Source of the DNA: an uncultured delta proteobacterium | GTDB lineage: Bacteria > Myxococcota_A > UBA9160 > SMWR01 | Assembly (NCBI GenBank): GCA_963832165.1 | Contig: CAWHTE010000004.1 | Span: forward strand, 416,001 to 480,000 | DNA: 64,000 bases | Direction: 5' to 3' | In this document: in pieces, positions 25,920-36,685 of the stretch | Position numbering within the stretch: the first letter of the stretch is position 1 | Layout: each line of letters begins with the position of its first letter | The notes under the pieces: generated by a model | The model's input: the letters and a program-made list of their open reading frames with translations, nothing else | The model's database searches: none | What the model was told of the DNA's origin: nothing | Position numbers and translations under genes: made by a program

Positions 25920-27276
25920 GCCGCTGCCTCCACTCGGTGCGGAAGCTCGCGCGCGGCAGCTCGGGGAGCGCGCGCGCGCGGGTCCAGCCCGGCGCGGCGC
26001 GCTCGAGCCAGCCGCTCGGCAGGAACCGCCCTGCGGCGCGCGCGAGTGAACCCGCGGCCGCCGTGGCGCGTGGGCTGCGCAGCACTCGCCCCGTAAACGC
26101 GAGCAGCCCGCGACGGAGCCTGCCCGCGTGCCCGGCATTCACGAGCTCGCCGCGCCACGCGAGCAGCTGGTGGTGGAGATCGATCTGCACCGGACATACG
26201 TCGGTGCACGACCCGCACAGGCTGCACGCGAACGGCAGGCTCGCATGCCGCGCGGGGTCGCGCGCGGGCTCGAGAATGCTGCCGATCGGGCCCGGCACGG
26301 TCGCGCCGTAGCTGTGCCCGCCGCTGCGCCGGTAGACCGGGCACGTGTTCATGCAAGCGCCGCAGCGGATGCACGCGAGCGCGCGGCGATGGGTGCGATC
26401 GGCGAGCAGCCGGCTGCGCCCGTTGTCGACGATCACGAGGTGCAGCTCGCCGCCCGGACGCGGGCCGTGGAAGTGCGAGGTGTAGGCCGTGATCGCCTGA
26501 CCCGTGGCCGAGCGCGCGAGCAGGCGCAGGAACACGGGCAGGTGCTCGACGCGCGGGATCAGCTTCTCGATGCCGAGGCACGCGATGTGCAGCGGCGGCA
26601 GTGCGGTGCCGAGATCGGCGTTGCCCTCGTTCGTGCACACGACGATGCCGCCCGTCTCGGCGATCGCGAAGTTCACGCCCGTGAGGCCGGCCTCCGCGGC
26701 GAGGAACTTCTCGCGCAGATGTGCGCGCGCGACGGCCGTGAGCGCCGTGGGGTCGTCGAGGCCCAGCTCGCTGCCGAGCTCGAAGTGGAACAGCGCGCCG
26801 ATCTCGGCGCGCTTGAGGTGGATTGCGGGGAACACGATGTGGCTGGGCGGCTCGTGCCGCAGCTGCACGATCCGCTCGCCGAGATCGGTGTCGACCACCT
26901 CGATGCCGCGCGCCTCGAGGTAGCTGTTCAGGCCGCACTCCTCGGTGAGCATCGATTTGCTCTTCACGAGGCGGGACGCGCCATGTGCCGCGAGCAGTCC
27001 GTGGACGATCCGGTTGTGCTCGGCCGCGTCGCGCGCCCAGTGCACCTGCGCGCCGCTCGCAGTGGCGGCCGCTTCGAAGCGCTCGAGGTAGTGGCCGAGG
27101 TGATCGAGCGTGTGGGTCTTGATCGCGGCTGCGCACTCGCGCAGCGCCTCCCATTCCGGCAGCGCGCGCGCGGCGCGGTCGCGCTTCTCGCGCACGAACC
27201 AGAGCGACTCGTCGTGCCAGTGCGCGCGCGCTTCGTTTGCGGTGAATCGCGCCGCGGCAGAGGGATGGTCGCTCAC
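25909..27276 (-). CDS. lutB: Lactate utilization protein B (Fe-S)
   Basis: VKSKSMLTEE, DTDLGERIVQL..PPSHIVFPAIH, TNEGNA, CIRCGACMNTCPVY, CSLCGSCTDVCP. Confidence 0.95.
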   Translation of the reverse strand: MSDHPSAAARFTANEARAHWHDESLWFVREKRDRAARALPEWEALRECAAAIKTHTLDHLGHYLERFEAAATASGAQVHWARDAAEHNRIVHGLLAAHGASRLVKSKSMLTEECGLNSYLEARGIEVVDTDLGERIVQLRHEPPSHIVFPAIHLKRAEIGALFHFELGSELGLDDPTALTAVARAHLREKFLAAEAGLTGVNFAIAETGGIVVCTNEGNADLGTALPPLHIACLGIEKLIPRVEHLPVFLRLLARSATGQAITAYTSHFHGPRPGGELHLVIVDNGRSRLLADRTHRRALACIRCGACMNTCPVYRRSGGHSYGATVPGPIGSILEPARDPARHASLPFACSLCGSCTDVCPVQIDLHHQLLAWRGELVNAGHAGRLRRGLLAFTGRVLRSPRATAAAGSLARAAGRFLPSGWLERAAPGWTRARALPELPRASFRTEWRQRREQ

Positions 27277-28019
27277 GCCGAGGCCTCCGCGAGGATCTCG
27301 GCCACGTGCACGGCGCGCAGCGGAATCCCTTCGCGCCGGGCAATGCCGTCGAGATGCGCGAGGCAGGACACGTCCGTAGCCGTGATCACGTCGGCGCCCG
27401 CGGCGCGCTGCGCGCGCACGCGGTCGCGGCCCATCATCCCGGAGACCGCGGATTCCGTCACCGCGAACGAGCCGCCGAAGCCGCAGCACTCATCGCTGCG
27501 CGCAGGCTCCACGAGCGCGATGCCGTCGAGCGAGCCGAGCAGCGCGCGGGCCGGGTCGCGGATCTCCACGGCGCGTTCGCTGCTCGTGCCGAGCCGCAGC
27601 TCGCGCAGCCCGTGGCAGCTCGGATGCAGCGCCACGCGGTGCGGATAGCGGCCCGCGATCCGGTCCACGCCGAGCACGTCCACCGCGAACTCGCACAGCT
27701 CGCGCACGCGGCCGAGCGCCGCCGTGCGCGCGTCGCCGGGCAGGAGATGCGCGTAATGCCGGCGCGCGGTTGCGACGCAGCTCGCCGAGGGCGACACCAC
27801 GTGATCGGCGTGCGCGAACACGTCGAGGAAACGCTGTGCGAGCGGGCGCGCCGCATCGGGGTGGCCGGCGGTCAAGAGCGGTTGACCACAGCAGGCCTGC
27901 GCCGCATCGAACGCGACTTGGCAGCCGAGGCGCTCGAGCACGGCCACGGTCGCCCAGGCCACGCGCGGAAACAGCTGATCCACGTAGCAGGGCACGAACA
28001 GGGCGACCTTCACGCGCAC
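27273..28019 (-). CDS. lutA: Lactate utilization protein A (CCG domains)
   Basis: LFVPCYVDQLFP, QACCGQP, HPSCHGLR, ECCGFGGSF, DVSCLAH. Confidence 0.93.
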   Translation of the reverse strand: MRVKVALFVPCYVDQLFPRVAWATVAVLERLGCQVAFDAAQACCGQPLLTAGHPDAARPLAQRFLDVFAHADHVVSPSASCVATARRHYAHLLPGDARTAALGRVRELCEFAVDVLGVDRIAGRYPHRVALHPSCHGLRELRLGTSSERAVEIRDPARALLGSLDGIALVEPARSDECCGFGGSFAVTESAVSGMMGRDRVRAQRAAGADVITATDVSCLAHLDGIARREGIPLRAVHVAEILAEASA

Positions 28020-28079
28020 TCCGGTTGATTGGCTGGCCCGAGTAGTCTAGAAGGTTGAGTCCGCGCGGAGGTATCCCGT

Positions 28080-28973
28080 TTGCAGATCGGCATGACGCTC
28101 CCCTGCATGGTCCGCGGCTTCGACCGCAAGTCGATCGTCGCCTGGTGCCGCCGGGTGGACGAGGGCCCGTTCTCGAGTCTCGCGGTCGGCGAGCGCGTCA
28201 CCTACCACAGCACCGAGATGCGCACGCTGATCGCTGCGGCCGCCGCACTCACCGAGCGCGTGCGGATCGTCCCGACGCTCTACATCCTGCCAATGCACCC
28301 CACGGCGTTGGTCGCGAAGGAGGTGGCGACCCTCGACGTGATCTCGAACGGGCGCGTGACGCTTACGGTCGGAGTGGGCGGCCGAGAGCACGACTACCGC
28401 GCGGCCGAGAAGCCGTTCAAGGGCCGCTTCCGGCGACTCGACGAGCAGGTCGCGGAGCTGCGTCGGCTGTGGGCGGGCGAGCTGCCGTTTCCGGGCGCGG
28501 AACCAATCGGGCCGCCGCCCGTGCAGCAGGGCGGCCCGCCGATCTGGTCGGGCGCGTTCGGTCCGAAGTCGCTGCGCCGCGCGGCGGCGTGGGCGGACGG
28601 CGTGATGGGGTTCTCCACCGCGGGCGATGCCGCGGAGGTCGCGTCGGCATTCGAGCTCGTGCTCGCGGCGTGGCGCGATGCGGGCGTGTCGGGCACGCCG
28701 CGTCTGGTCACGGGCTTCTGGTATGCGCTCGGTCCTGACGCGGAAGATCGCCTGCGCAGCTACGTGTTCGACTATCTGAAGCTGTTCGGCGAGGCGCCCG
28801 CGCGCGCGATGGCGGAGCGGTGCCGAATCTCGTCGGTCGAGCGCTTCCGCGAGTGCGTCGATGCGATCGCGGCGCTCGGCGCAGACGAGCTGATCCTCGT
28901 GCCCACGACCGCGGATCCGTCCGAAATGGATCGCACCGTCGAAGCCCTCGCGGGCTGCAAGGGACTCTCATGA
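28080..28973 (+). CDS. LLM-class flavin-dependent oxidoreductase
   Basis: IGMTLP, FSSLAVGER, AKEVATLDVISNGR, PVQQGGPPIW; TTG start after GGAGG. Confidence 0.88.
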   Translation: MQIGMTLPCMVRGFDRKSIVAWCRRVDEGPFSSLAVGERVTYHSTEMRTLIAAAAALTERVRIVPTLYILPMHPTALVAKEVATLDVISNGRVTLTVGVGGREHDYRAAEKPFKGRFRRLDEQVAELRRLWAGELPFPGAEPIGPPPVQQGGPPIWSGAFGPKSLRRAAAWADGVMGFSTAGDAAEVASAFELVLAAWRDAGVSGTPRLVTGFWYALGPDAEDRLRSYVFDYLKLFGEAPARAMAERCRISSVERFRECVDAIAALGADELILVPTTADPSEMDRTVEALAGCKGLS

Positions 28974-29839
28974 GATTCTGCGCGTCGCTCGCGTTCACGG
29001 ACACCGAGGATTATGTCGAGCTCGCGCAGGTCGCCGAGGAGCACGGTTGGGACACGCTCGTGCTCTCCGACCACCTCGTGCATCCCGAGTCGATCGAGTC
29101 GAAGTATCCCTATCGCGACGACGGTCAGCGTCCCTGGGAGGCGCCCGATCACTGGCCCGACAACTGGGTCGCGATGGGCGCGATGGGCGCCGCGACGAAG
29201 CGGCTGCGCTTCCTCACGGGCGTGTACGTGGTGCCGATGCGCCATCCGCTGCATCTCGCCAAGGCGATCGGCACCGCCGCGGTGCTCACCGGCTATCGCG
29301 TCTCGCTCGGGCTCGGCCTCGGCTGGATGCGCGACGAGTTCGAGCTGCTCGGGGAGGACTTCGATACCCGGGCCGCGCGCACCACGGAGATGCTGGAGGT
29401 GATGCGCAAGCTCTGGACCGGCGAGATGGTCGATCACCACGGGCGATTCTTCGACTTCGACCGCCTCAACATGCGCCCGCCCGTGCGCGGATCGATTCCG
29501 CTGCTCGTGGGCGGCGTCACCGACGCGGCGCTGCGCCGCGCGGCGCGGCTCGCCGACGGCTGGATCCCGCACGCGATCAGCACCGCAGAGGCGCGCGACC
29601 ACATCGCGGCGATCCGGCGCTACCGCGTCGAGTTCGGGCGCTCGCCGGATCCGCTCACGGCGGTGGTGCCGCTGCTCGACGCATTCGAGCCCGACGGCTA
29701 TCGCCGTGCCGAGGACGTGGGAGTGACCCACGTGCTCACCACGCCCTGGGTGATCTACGGAGGCTCACACCGCTCGCTCGCCGACAAACGGGATGGCCTG
29801 CGGCGGTTCGCGGACGACGTGATCGCGAAGATGGGCTGA
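28970..29839 (+). CDS. LLM-class F420-dependent oxidoreductase
   Basis: ATGA overlap; LSDHLVHP..YPY, WPDNWV, RHPLHLAK, GLGWMRDEF. Confidence 0.9.
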   Translation: MRFCASLAFTDTEDYVELAQVAEEHGWDTLVLSDHLVHPESIESKYPYRDDGQRPWEAPDHWPDNWVAMGAMGAATKRLRFLTGVYVVPMRHPLHLAKAIGTAAVLTGYRVSLGLGLGWMRDEFELLGEDFDTRAARTTEMLEVMRKLWTGEMVDHHGRFFDFDRLNMRPPVRGSIPLLVGGVTDAALRRAARLADGWIPHAISTAEARDHIAAIRRYRVEFGRSPDPLTAVVPLLDAFEPDGYRRAEDVGVTHVLTTPWVIYGGSHRSLADKRDGLRRFADDVIAKMG

Positions 29840-29845
29840 CCCGCG

Positions 29846-31204
29846 GTGGCCGCTCCTGGGCATGGGATCCCGTTCACCGGAGCGCTGCGCGTCTGGGCGC
29901 GCGTGGCGTTGAACAGCTTCGGCGGCCCGACCGGACAGATCGCGGTGATGCACCGGATCCTCGTCGAGGAGAAGCGCTGGATCAGCGAGGAGCGCTTCCT
30001 CCATGCGCTCTCGTACTGCATGCTGCTGCCGGGACCCGAGGCGCAGCAGCTTGCGACCTACGTGGGCTGGCTCCTGCACCGCACGCTCGGCGGACTCGTC
30101 GCGGGCGCGCTGTTCGTGCTGCCCGGCTTCGTCACGATCCTCGTGCTCTCGCTCGTCTACACCGCCTACGGTCACCTGCCGCTCGTCGAGGGGATCTTCT
30201 TCGGGATCAAGCCCGCCGTGCTCGCGCTCGTGCTCGAGGCCCTGCTGCGGATCGGCCGGCGTGCGCTCAGCCACGCGATCCAGGTCGGCATCGCCGCGCT
30301 CGCGTTCGCGGCGATCTTCTGCTTCGAGGTCGGCTTCCCCTGGATCGTGCTCGCGGCGGGGCTCGTGGGTCTCGTGGGTTCGGGACTGTTCCCGGCCGCC
30401 TTCCGGCCGCCGCCGCCCGCGGCGCCGGCCGGCGCGGAACCGGTGGTGGACGCGCTGCTCGACCGCGAGACGCCCGAGCACACGCGGCCGAACGCGGCGC
30501 GCGCCGCGCGCGTCGCGGTGCTGTGGCTCGTGCTCTGGTGGACCCCCGTGGCGCTCGTCGCCTGGGCGCGTGGCGGTGCGGACATCTTCACCGAGATCGG
30601 CGTGTTCTTCAGCAAGCTCGCCGTGGTCACGTTCGGCGGCGCGTACGCCGTGCTCGCGTACATGGCGCAGCAGGCCGTCGAGGTGAAGGGCTGGCTCTCG
30701 CCGCGCGAGATGCTCGACGGCCTCGGCATGGCCGAGACGACGCCGGGGCCGCTGATCCAGGTGGTCCAGTTCGTCGGCTTTCTCGGCGCGTACCGGAACG
30801 CGGGAGAGCTCGCGCCCTGGGTCGCAGGCACGCTGGCCGCGCTGCTCACGACCTGGGTGACGTACGTTCCGTGCTTCCTGTGGATCTTCGTGGGCGCGCC
30901 CTACGTCGAGCGCCTGCGCGAGAGCCGTCCCCTGCGCGGTGCGCTCGCGGGGATCATGGCCGCGGTGGTGGGCGTGATCCTGAACCTCGCGATCTGGTTC
31001 TCACTCCATACCCTGTTTGGAGTCGTGAACGAAAAGCGATTCGGCGCGCTCGTGCTCCCGTCGCCCGATCTGGCGACGCTCGACGTCGCGGCGGCCGTGA
31101 TCGCGATCGGCGCCGCGATCGCCACGCTGCGCTTCCACACCGGAATGCTGCGGCTGATCGCGGCGTGCGCGGCGGCGGGCGTCGCGTGGCGGCTGCTGGC
31201 CTGA
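29846..31204 (+). CDS. chrA: Chromate efflux transporter (long-chain CHR)
   Basis: SFGGPTGQIAVMHR..LPGPEAQQLA; TFGGAYAVL..AETTPGP. Confidence 0.93.
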   Translation: MAAPGHGIPFTGALRVWARVALNSFGGPTGQIAVMHRILVEEKRWISEERFLHALSYCMLLPGPEAQQLATYVGWLLHRTLGGLVAGALFVLPGFVTILVLSLVYTAYGHLPLVEGIFFGIKPAVLALVLEALLRIGRRALSHAIQVGIAALAFAAIFCFEVGFPWIVLAAGLVGLVGSGLFPAAFRPPPPAAPAGAEPVVDALLDRETPEHTRPNAARAARVAVLWLVLWWTPVALVAWARGGADIFTEIGVFFSKLAVVTFGGAYAVLAYMAQQAVEVKGWLSPREMLDGLGMAETTPGPLIQVVQFVGFLGAYRNAGELAPWVAGTLAALLTTWVTYVPCFLWIFVGAPYVERLRESRPLRGALAGIMAAVVGVILNLAIWFSLHTLFGVVNEKRFGALVLPSPDLATLDVAAAVIAIGAAIATLRFHTGMLRLIAACAAAGVAWRLLA

Positions 31205-31206
31205 GC

Positions 31207-32358
31207 TCACCCGAGCTGTCCGTGCTCCAGGTCGTCGCCGTCGCGCTCGCGCTCGCGGCCGATCAGCACCGGCGCCTCGAGCGTGGCCGGCCGCACGGTG
31301 CGCTCGCTCTGCGCGAACACGCTGAACTGCATCAGGCGCAGCCGGACGGTGGCGCCCGCACGGAAGTGCGGCACGTCGTGGTGGAGGTGCGGCAGCTCGA
31401 CCAGTAGTCGCGTCTGGCCCGCGATCGTATCCGCCGTCGCGCGCACGATCGGACCCGTGCGCTGCACCGAGGTCACGAGCGCGTCCACGCCGGCCTGCCC
31501 CGTCTCGGCGAGTCGCAGGTCGCCCGGCCGCACGTAAACGTCGACGGGCCCGCTCGGATGGATGCTGTCGATCACGAGCGTGTGCTCGGCGCCCGGCAGC
31601 CGGAGCTGTCGCCCGGTCAGCTCCGCGGGCAGCACGTTGGTGTCGCCGAGGAAGTCGAACACGAACGGCGTCGCGGGGCGCTCGTAGAGCTCGTCGGTCG
31701 AGCCGACCTGCTCGATCCGGCCGCGGTTCAACACCACGACGCGATCCGCGAGCTCGAGCGCCTCCTCCTGGTCGTGCGTCACGAACAGCGTGGTGAGGCG
31801 CAGCTCCTCGTGGAGCCGCCGCAGCCAGCGCCGCAGGTCCTTGCGCACACGCGAGTCGAGCGCGCCGAACGGCTCGTCGAGCAGCAGCACACGCGGCTCC
31901 ACCGCGAGCGCACGCGCGAGCGCGACGCGCTGGCGCTGGCCGCCCGAGATCTGGGTGGGCATGCGGCCCGCGAGTCCGTCGAGCTGCACGAGGCGCAAGA
32001 GGTCGAACACGCGCCGTTGGATCTCGGTCTCGTCCGGCCGCTCGCGGCGCGCCTTCACGCGCATGCCGAACGCGACGTTCTCGAATACGTTCATGTGCCG
32101 GAACAGCGCGTAGTGCTGGAACACGAAGCCCACGCGGCGGTCGCGCGCGGGCCGGTCCGCCACGTTCTCGTCGCCGAACCACACGCTGCCGGACTCGGGG
32201 AACTCGAGCCCTGCGATGATGCGCAGGAGCGTCGTCTTGCCCGAGCCGGACGGGCCCAGGAGCGCCACGAGATCGCCGCTCGAGACGTCGAGGCTGACAT
32301 CGTCGAGCACGGTGAGCGCACCGAAGTGCTTGCGAATGCCCTGGACAGCGATCTTCAT
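31207..32358 (-). CDS. cysA: Sulfate ABC transporter ATP-binding protein
   Basis: [48 protein letters not shown]. Confidence 0.95.
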   Translation of the reverse strand: MKIAVQGIRKHFGALTVLDDVSLDVSSGDLVALLGPSGSGKTTLLRIIAGLEFPESGSVWFGDENVADRPARDRRVGFVFQHYALFRHMNVFENVAFGMRVKARRERPDETEIQRRVFDLLRLVQLDGLAGRMPTQISGGQRQRVALARALAVEPRVLLLDEPFGALDSRVRKDLRRWLRRLHEELRLTTLFVTHDQEEALELADRVVVLNRGRIEQVGSTDELYERPATPFVFDFLGDTNVLPAELTGRQLRLPGAEHTLVIDSIHPSGPVDVYVRPGDLRLAETGQAGVDALVTSVQRTGPIVRATADTIAGQTRLLVELPHLHHDVPHFRAGATVRLRLMQFSVFAQSERTVRPATLEAPVLIGRERERDGDDLEHGQLG

Positions 32359-33251
32359 CGATGACCTCCTGCCGCGCGGCGACCCATTCTCCATTCGATC
32401 AACGTCTTCGCGACCAGCGTCGCGATCGCGAGCAGCGCGAGCAGCGAGGCGACTGCAAACGCCGCCGCGCCCTGGTACTCGTTGTAGAGGATCTCGACAT
32501 GCAGCGGCATCGTGTTGGTCATGCCACGGATGTGCCCCGACACCACCGAGACCGCGCCGAACTCACCCATCGCGCGCGCGTTGAGCAGCACAACGCCGTA
32601 GAGGAGGCCGAGCCGCACGTTAGGTAGCGTGACGCGGCGGAACGTCTGCCAGCCGCTCGCGCCGAGCGAGACGGCGGCCTCCTCCTCTTCGGTTCCCTGC
32701 TCCTGCATCACCGGGATCAGCTCACGCGCCACGAACGGAAAGGTGATGAACGTGGTGGCGAGCAGGATGCCCGGCACGGCGAAGATGATCTTGATCCCGT
32801 GCGCCATGAGCCAGGGCCCCAGCAGACCCTGCGCGCCGAACAGCAGCACGAAGATCAGGCCCGACACCACGGGCGACACCGCGAGCGGCAGATCGATCGC
32901 GGTGATCAGCAGCGACTTCCCCCGGAAGTCGAACTTCGCGATCGCCCACGACGCAGCGATGCCGAAGACCGTGTTCAGCGGCACCGAGATCGCGGCGACG
33001 AGCAGCGTGAGCCGGATCGCCGCGAGGGCGGTCGGCTCGCGGATCGCCTCGACGTAGGCGGACGTACCCTTGGCGAGCGCCTCGATGAACACGGTCGCGA
33101 GCGGCAGCACGAGGAACAGGCCCAGGAAGGTGAGTGCGGTACCGATCAGCAGCGCGCGCACCCATCCCGGGTCGCGGGTGGCGGCGCGCGGAAGCGGGCG
33201 CGGCGCGGTGGCGGGAGTCCAATCGGTCGCCGAGGAGGTCGCCGTCGACAT
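32355..33251 (-). CDS. cysW: Sulfate ABC transporter permease
   Basis: [59 protein letters not shown]. Confidence 0.95.
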   Translation of the reverse strand: MSTATSSATDWTPATAPRPLPRAATRDPGWVRALLIGTALTFLGLFLVLPLATVFIEALAKGTSAYVEAIREPTALAAIRLTLLVAAISVPLNTVFGIAASWAIAKFDFRGKSLLITAIDLPLAVSPVVSGLIFVLLFGAQGLLGPWLMAHGIKIIFAVPGILLATTFITFPFVARELIPVMQEQGTEEEEAAVSLGASGWQTFRRVTLPNVRLGLLYGVVLLNARAMGEFGAVSVVSGHIRGMTNTMPLHVEILYNEYQGAAAFAVASLLALLAIATLVAKTLIEWRMGRRAAGGHR

Positions 33252-34093
33252 CACGCCATCTCCGCCGCGCCCGCAAGCCGGCGCTGTCCCCAGCGCTGGA
33301 GCGCGTTGATCCCGAGCAGCAGCGCGAACGAGATCACGAGCAGCACCACGGCGATCCCGGTCGCGCCGGCGTAGTCGTACTGCTCGAGCTGCGTGACGAT
33401 CAATAGCGGTGCGATCTCGGTGCGCATGGGCAGGTTGCCGGAGATGAACACCACCGATCCGTACTCGCCGACGCCGCGCGCGAACGCGAGCGCGAAGCCG
33501 GTGGTCAGCGCAGGCCAGAGCGTCGGGAACAGCACGCGCCGGAACGTCAGCCAGCGACTCGCGCCCAGGCTCGCGGCGGCCTCCTCGAGCTCGGGCTCGA
33601 GGTCCTGGAGCACGGGCTGTACGGTGCGCACCACGAACGGCAGGCCGATGAACACGAGCGCCACCGCGACGCCCAGAGGCGTATAGGCGACCTCGATGCC
33701 GAGGGGCTCGAGCCGCGAGCCGATCCAGCCGTTCTTCGCGAGCAGCGCCGTGAGCGTGATGCCGGCCACCGCGGTCGGAAGCGCGAACGGCAGATCGACC
33801 AGCGCATCGAACAGCCGCCGGCCCGGGAAGCGATACCGCACCAGCACCCACGCGACCACGAGCCCGAACACGGCGTTCACGGCGGCGGCCGCGAACGCGG
33901 CGCCGAACGACAGGCGATACGAGGCGAGCGCGCGCGGCGATGTCACGGCGGCGAAGAACGCGTCGAAGCCGAGCGCGGCCGACTTCACGAACAAACCCGC
34001 CAGCGGGATCAACACGAGCAGCGAGAGATAGGCGAGCGTGAAGCCGAGCGTGAGCCCGAACCCCGGCAGCACCGACCCGCGTTTGCGCAGCAC
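33251..34093 (-). CDS. cysT: Sulfate ABC transporter permease
   Basis: [48 protein letters not shown]. Confidence 0.93.
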   Translation of the reverse strand: MLRKRGSVLPGFGLTLGFTLAYLSLLVLIPLAGLFVKSAALGFDAFFAAVTSPRALASYRLSFGAAFAAAAVNAVFGLVVAWVLVRYRFPGRRLFDALVDLPFALPTAVAGITLTALLAKNGWIGSRLEPLGIEVAYTPLGVAVALVFIGLPFVVRTVQPVLQDLEPELEEAAASLGASRWLTFRRVLFPTLWPALTTGFALAFARGVGEYGSVVFISGNLPMRTEIAPLLIVTQLEQYDYAGATGIAVVLLVISFALLLGINALQRWGQRRLAGAAEMA

Positions 34094-34095
34094 GC

Positions 34096-35085
34096 TCAGC
34101 GCCCCGGCTGGTAGATCTGATCGAACACGCCGCCGTCGGCGAAGAACTTCGCCTGGGCTGCCTTCCAGCCGCCGAAGTCGTCGATCTTGATCAGCTCGGT
34201 CTTCGGGAACTTCGCGGCGTGCTTCTTTGCCACGGCCGCCACGCTCGGCCGGTAGTGATGTTTCGCGATCACGTCCTGGGCTTCGGGGCTGTAGAGGTAC
34301 TCCAGGTAGGCGGTCGCGACGCCCGAGCTGCCCTTGCGCCGTGCGACGACGTCGACCACCGCGACGGGCGGCTCCGCCAGGATGCTGACCGACGGCACCA
34401 CGATCTCGAACTGGCCCTTGCCGAGCTCCTCCACGGCGAGCTGCGCCTCGTTCTCCCACGCGACCAGTACGTCGCCGATTCCCCGCTCGACGAACGTGGT
34501 GGTGGAGCCGCGCGCGCCGGTATCGAGCACGGGGGCGTTCTTGTAGATCGCCGCGACCAGCTCGCGCGCCTTCGCCTCGTTCTTCGCGTTCTTTCGCAGC
34601 GCATAACCCCACGCGGCGAGGAAATTCCAGCGAGCCCCGCCCGAGGTCTTCGGGTTGGGCGTGATCACCGCGACGCCCGCGCGCGCGAGGTCGTTCCAGT
34701 CGCGGATCTGCTTGGGATTGCCCTTGCGCACCAGGAACACGATCGTCGAGGTGTAAGGGCAGCTGCGGTTCGGCAGCCGGTCCTGCCACGTGCGCGGGAC
34801 GAGCTGGCCGCGATCGACCAGCTGATCGATGTCGCCCGCGAGCGCGAGCGTCACCACGTCGGCCTCGAGCCCGTCGAGCACGGCGCGCGCCTGTTTACCC
34901 GAGCCACCGTGTGACTGGTGCACGACGACCTTCTCTCCGTGCTCTTTCTGCCAGTGCGCCGCGAACAGCGCGTTGTACTCCTCGTAGAGCTCGCGCGTCG
35001 GGTCGTACGAGACATTGAGCAGCTCGACGTCCGCGCGCGCAGAGACGGCCGCCAGGGCCAGAGAAACGAACAGCAAGCGGTACAT
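34096..35085 (-). CDS. sbp: Periplasmic sulfate-binding protein
   Basis: [51 protein letters not shown]. Confidence 0.95.
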   Translation of the reverse strand: MYRLLFVSLALAAVSARADVELLNVSYDPTRELYEEYNALFAAHWQKEHGEKVVVHQSHGGSGKQARAVLDGLEADVVTLALAGDIDQLVDRGQLVPRTWQDRLPNRSCPYTSTIVFLVRKGNPKQIRDWNDLARAGVAVITPNPKTSGGARWNFLAAWGYALRKNAKNEAKARELVAAIYKNAPVLDTGARGSTTTFVERGIGDVLVAWENEAQLAVEELGKGQFEIVVPSVSILAEPPVAVVDVVARRKGSSGVATAYLEYLYSPEAQDVIAKHHYRPSVAAVAKKHAAKFPKTELIKIDDFGGWKAAQAKFFADGGVFDQIYQPGR

Positions 35086-35093
35086 GCGTTCTC

Positions 35094-36513
35094 CTAATAC
35101 GAAAGCTGCAGACGGGTGAGGATCGTGTCCTCGCTGGGCCGATCGCGGCCGTCCGGAGCGCCGCCGTTGAACCACGTGTGGTCGAAGTTCGCCATCACGC
35201 GGACATAACGGTTCAGGTACCAGTTGAGGCCGACCGTCCAACCCTGGGCGCGACCCGCGGAGGCGGTCGAGCTCGCGAAGGTCGGAAACGAATCGGAATC
35301 GAAGTCGATCTCGTTGTACCGGCCGGCGATCTCGAACGCGCCCCAGGTGCCCTTGGACGGATCGAACGGGGAGCTCGGGATCAATCCCTTGTAGGAGGCG
35401 TTCTCACCCGTGAGCGCGACGCTCGCCGCCACCTGCCAGGCGTCGTGGCGCAGATCCTCCTTCTCCGAGGGTGTTTCCGGCAGCGCAGTGAAGTCGCGGT
35501 GCAGCTCCTGCTCCGAGATGCACGTATTCGCCGAGCAGGCCGAACGGGCCCGCGTACCAGTACGCCTGCGGCGACCAGCGGATCCGCCGGCCCTCGCCGG
35601 TGACCGGCTGAAGACCTCCCACGGCGCCGAGGTAGGCGAAGTAGTTCGTGGAAGCGGCGATCGCGCGGAATGCCGTGGGCGTCTGCTCGTCCACGTCGCC
35701 CCAACTGCCGGCGCTGCCGATTCCGAAGCCGTCGAGCCACTCGTTGCCGAGCGGACGGAACGGGTGCAGGAAGAGGCGGCCGACCACGTCCTTGCCGTCG
35801 TCGGTGTCGACGTCCTGCGTGCCGCCGTCGCGCACGCCGTTGAACCCACCGACCTGATAGGTGACGAAGCCGTTGGCGAGCTCGCCGTGGACCATCACGC
35901 CGAGGTCGCGGCTCGGCACCAGCAACGTCGGGAATCCGCGCTCGATGAACATCGTCGCGGTCGCCGACTGCAGGCGCTCGAGCCCGAGCGGCGGCTTGAA
36001 CTTGCCGGCCTGGAGCTGGAGTGGTGTCAGGTAGCGGAAGTTCACGTACGCATCGAAGAGCGTGGCGGTGCTGTTCGCGAAGTCCGGCATCACGCGGAAG
36101 TCGACGAACTCGAAGACGGTGCCCTCGACGAACGGACGCACGCGCCGGAACGCGAACGTGTCGTCGCCGACGTCCTCGCCTTGCGTGAGCCAGCGCGAGT
36201 CGAACTGGGTGTAGCCGCGCAGCTTGATCTGGAACTTCCCGTCCGGTGAACGCAGGAAGAAACCATCGGGTCCGGCACCTGCAGTGGCGGTGCGGCTGGC
36301 CTTCTGCTGCGCGTCCTCCTCCTGCACCTCGAGCTTGCGCTTGAGGAGCTGGACCTCCTGCTCGATGTCGCGCAGGCGCTCGCGATCGGCCTCGATCGAG
36401 CGGGATGCGGGCGCGCTCGGTCGCGGCGCCGGCTCGGCTGGCTGGGCGGCCAGCGGCGAGTCGCCAGCAGAGGGCGAGTGCCGCGGCGAGCGGGTCACGA
36501 ATCGCTTCGGCAA
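35094..36513 (-). CDS. OprO/OprP-family anion-selective porin (frameshifted in this sequence)
   Basis: AGGAGG + TTG start; [37 protein letters not shown], terminal RLQLSY. Frame switch at ~35521 and apparent compensating shifts in the signal peptide. Confidence 0.8.
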
Positions 36514-36542
36514 GGTGATCCTCCTGGTGGTGCGCGGCCGGG

Positions 36543-36557
36543 AGCAACGCCGTGCCG
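36543..36557 (-). promoter_or_regulatory. Near-consensus sigma-54 promoter for the porin-sbp-cysTWA operon (GG-N9-GC as sequenced)
   Basis: Minus strand CGGCACGGCGTTGCT is one base short of consensus spacing, in an indel-rich region. Confidence 0.4.
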
Positions 36558-36685
36558 AGCGATGGAAGATTCGTTTCTCTTGTGTTTACAGATACTTGAA
36601 GATCTCATCCCAGTACGGGCAATTCGCCCATTAAATACGCGGTCGCTTCCGTGTCATTGATCGGCCGCTATCAAATGCGATGGCT

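Noticed and set aside
36657..36674. FNR box
   Set aside because: Half-sites TTGAT/ATCAA are 8 nt apart, not the 4 nt FNR requires; kept only as a candidate activator site.
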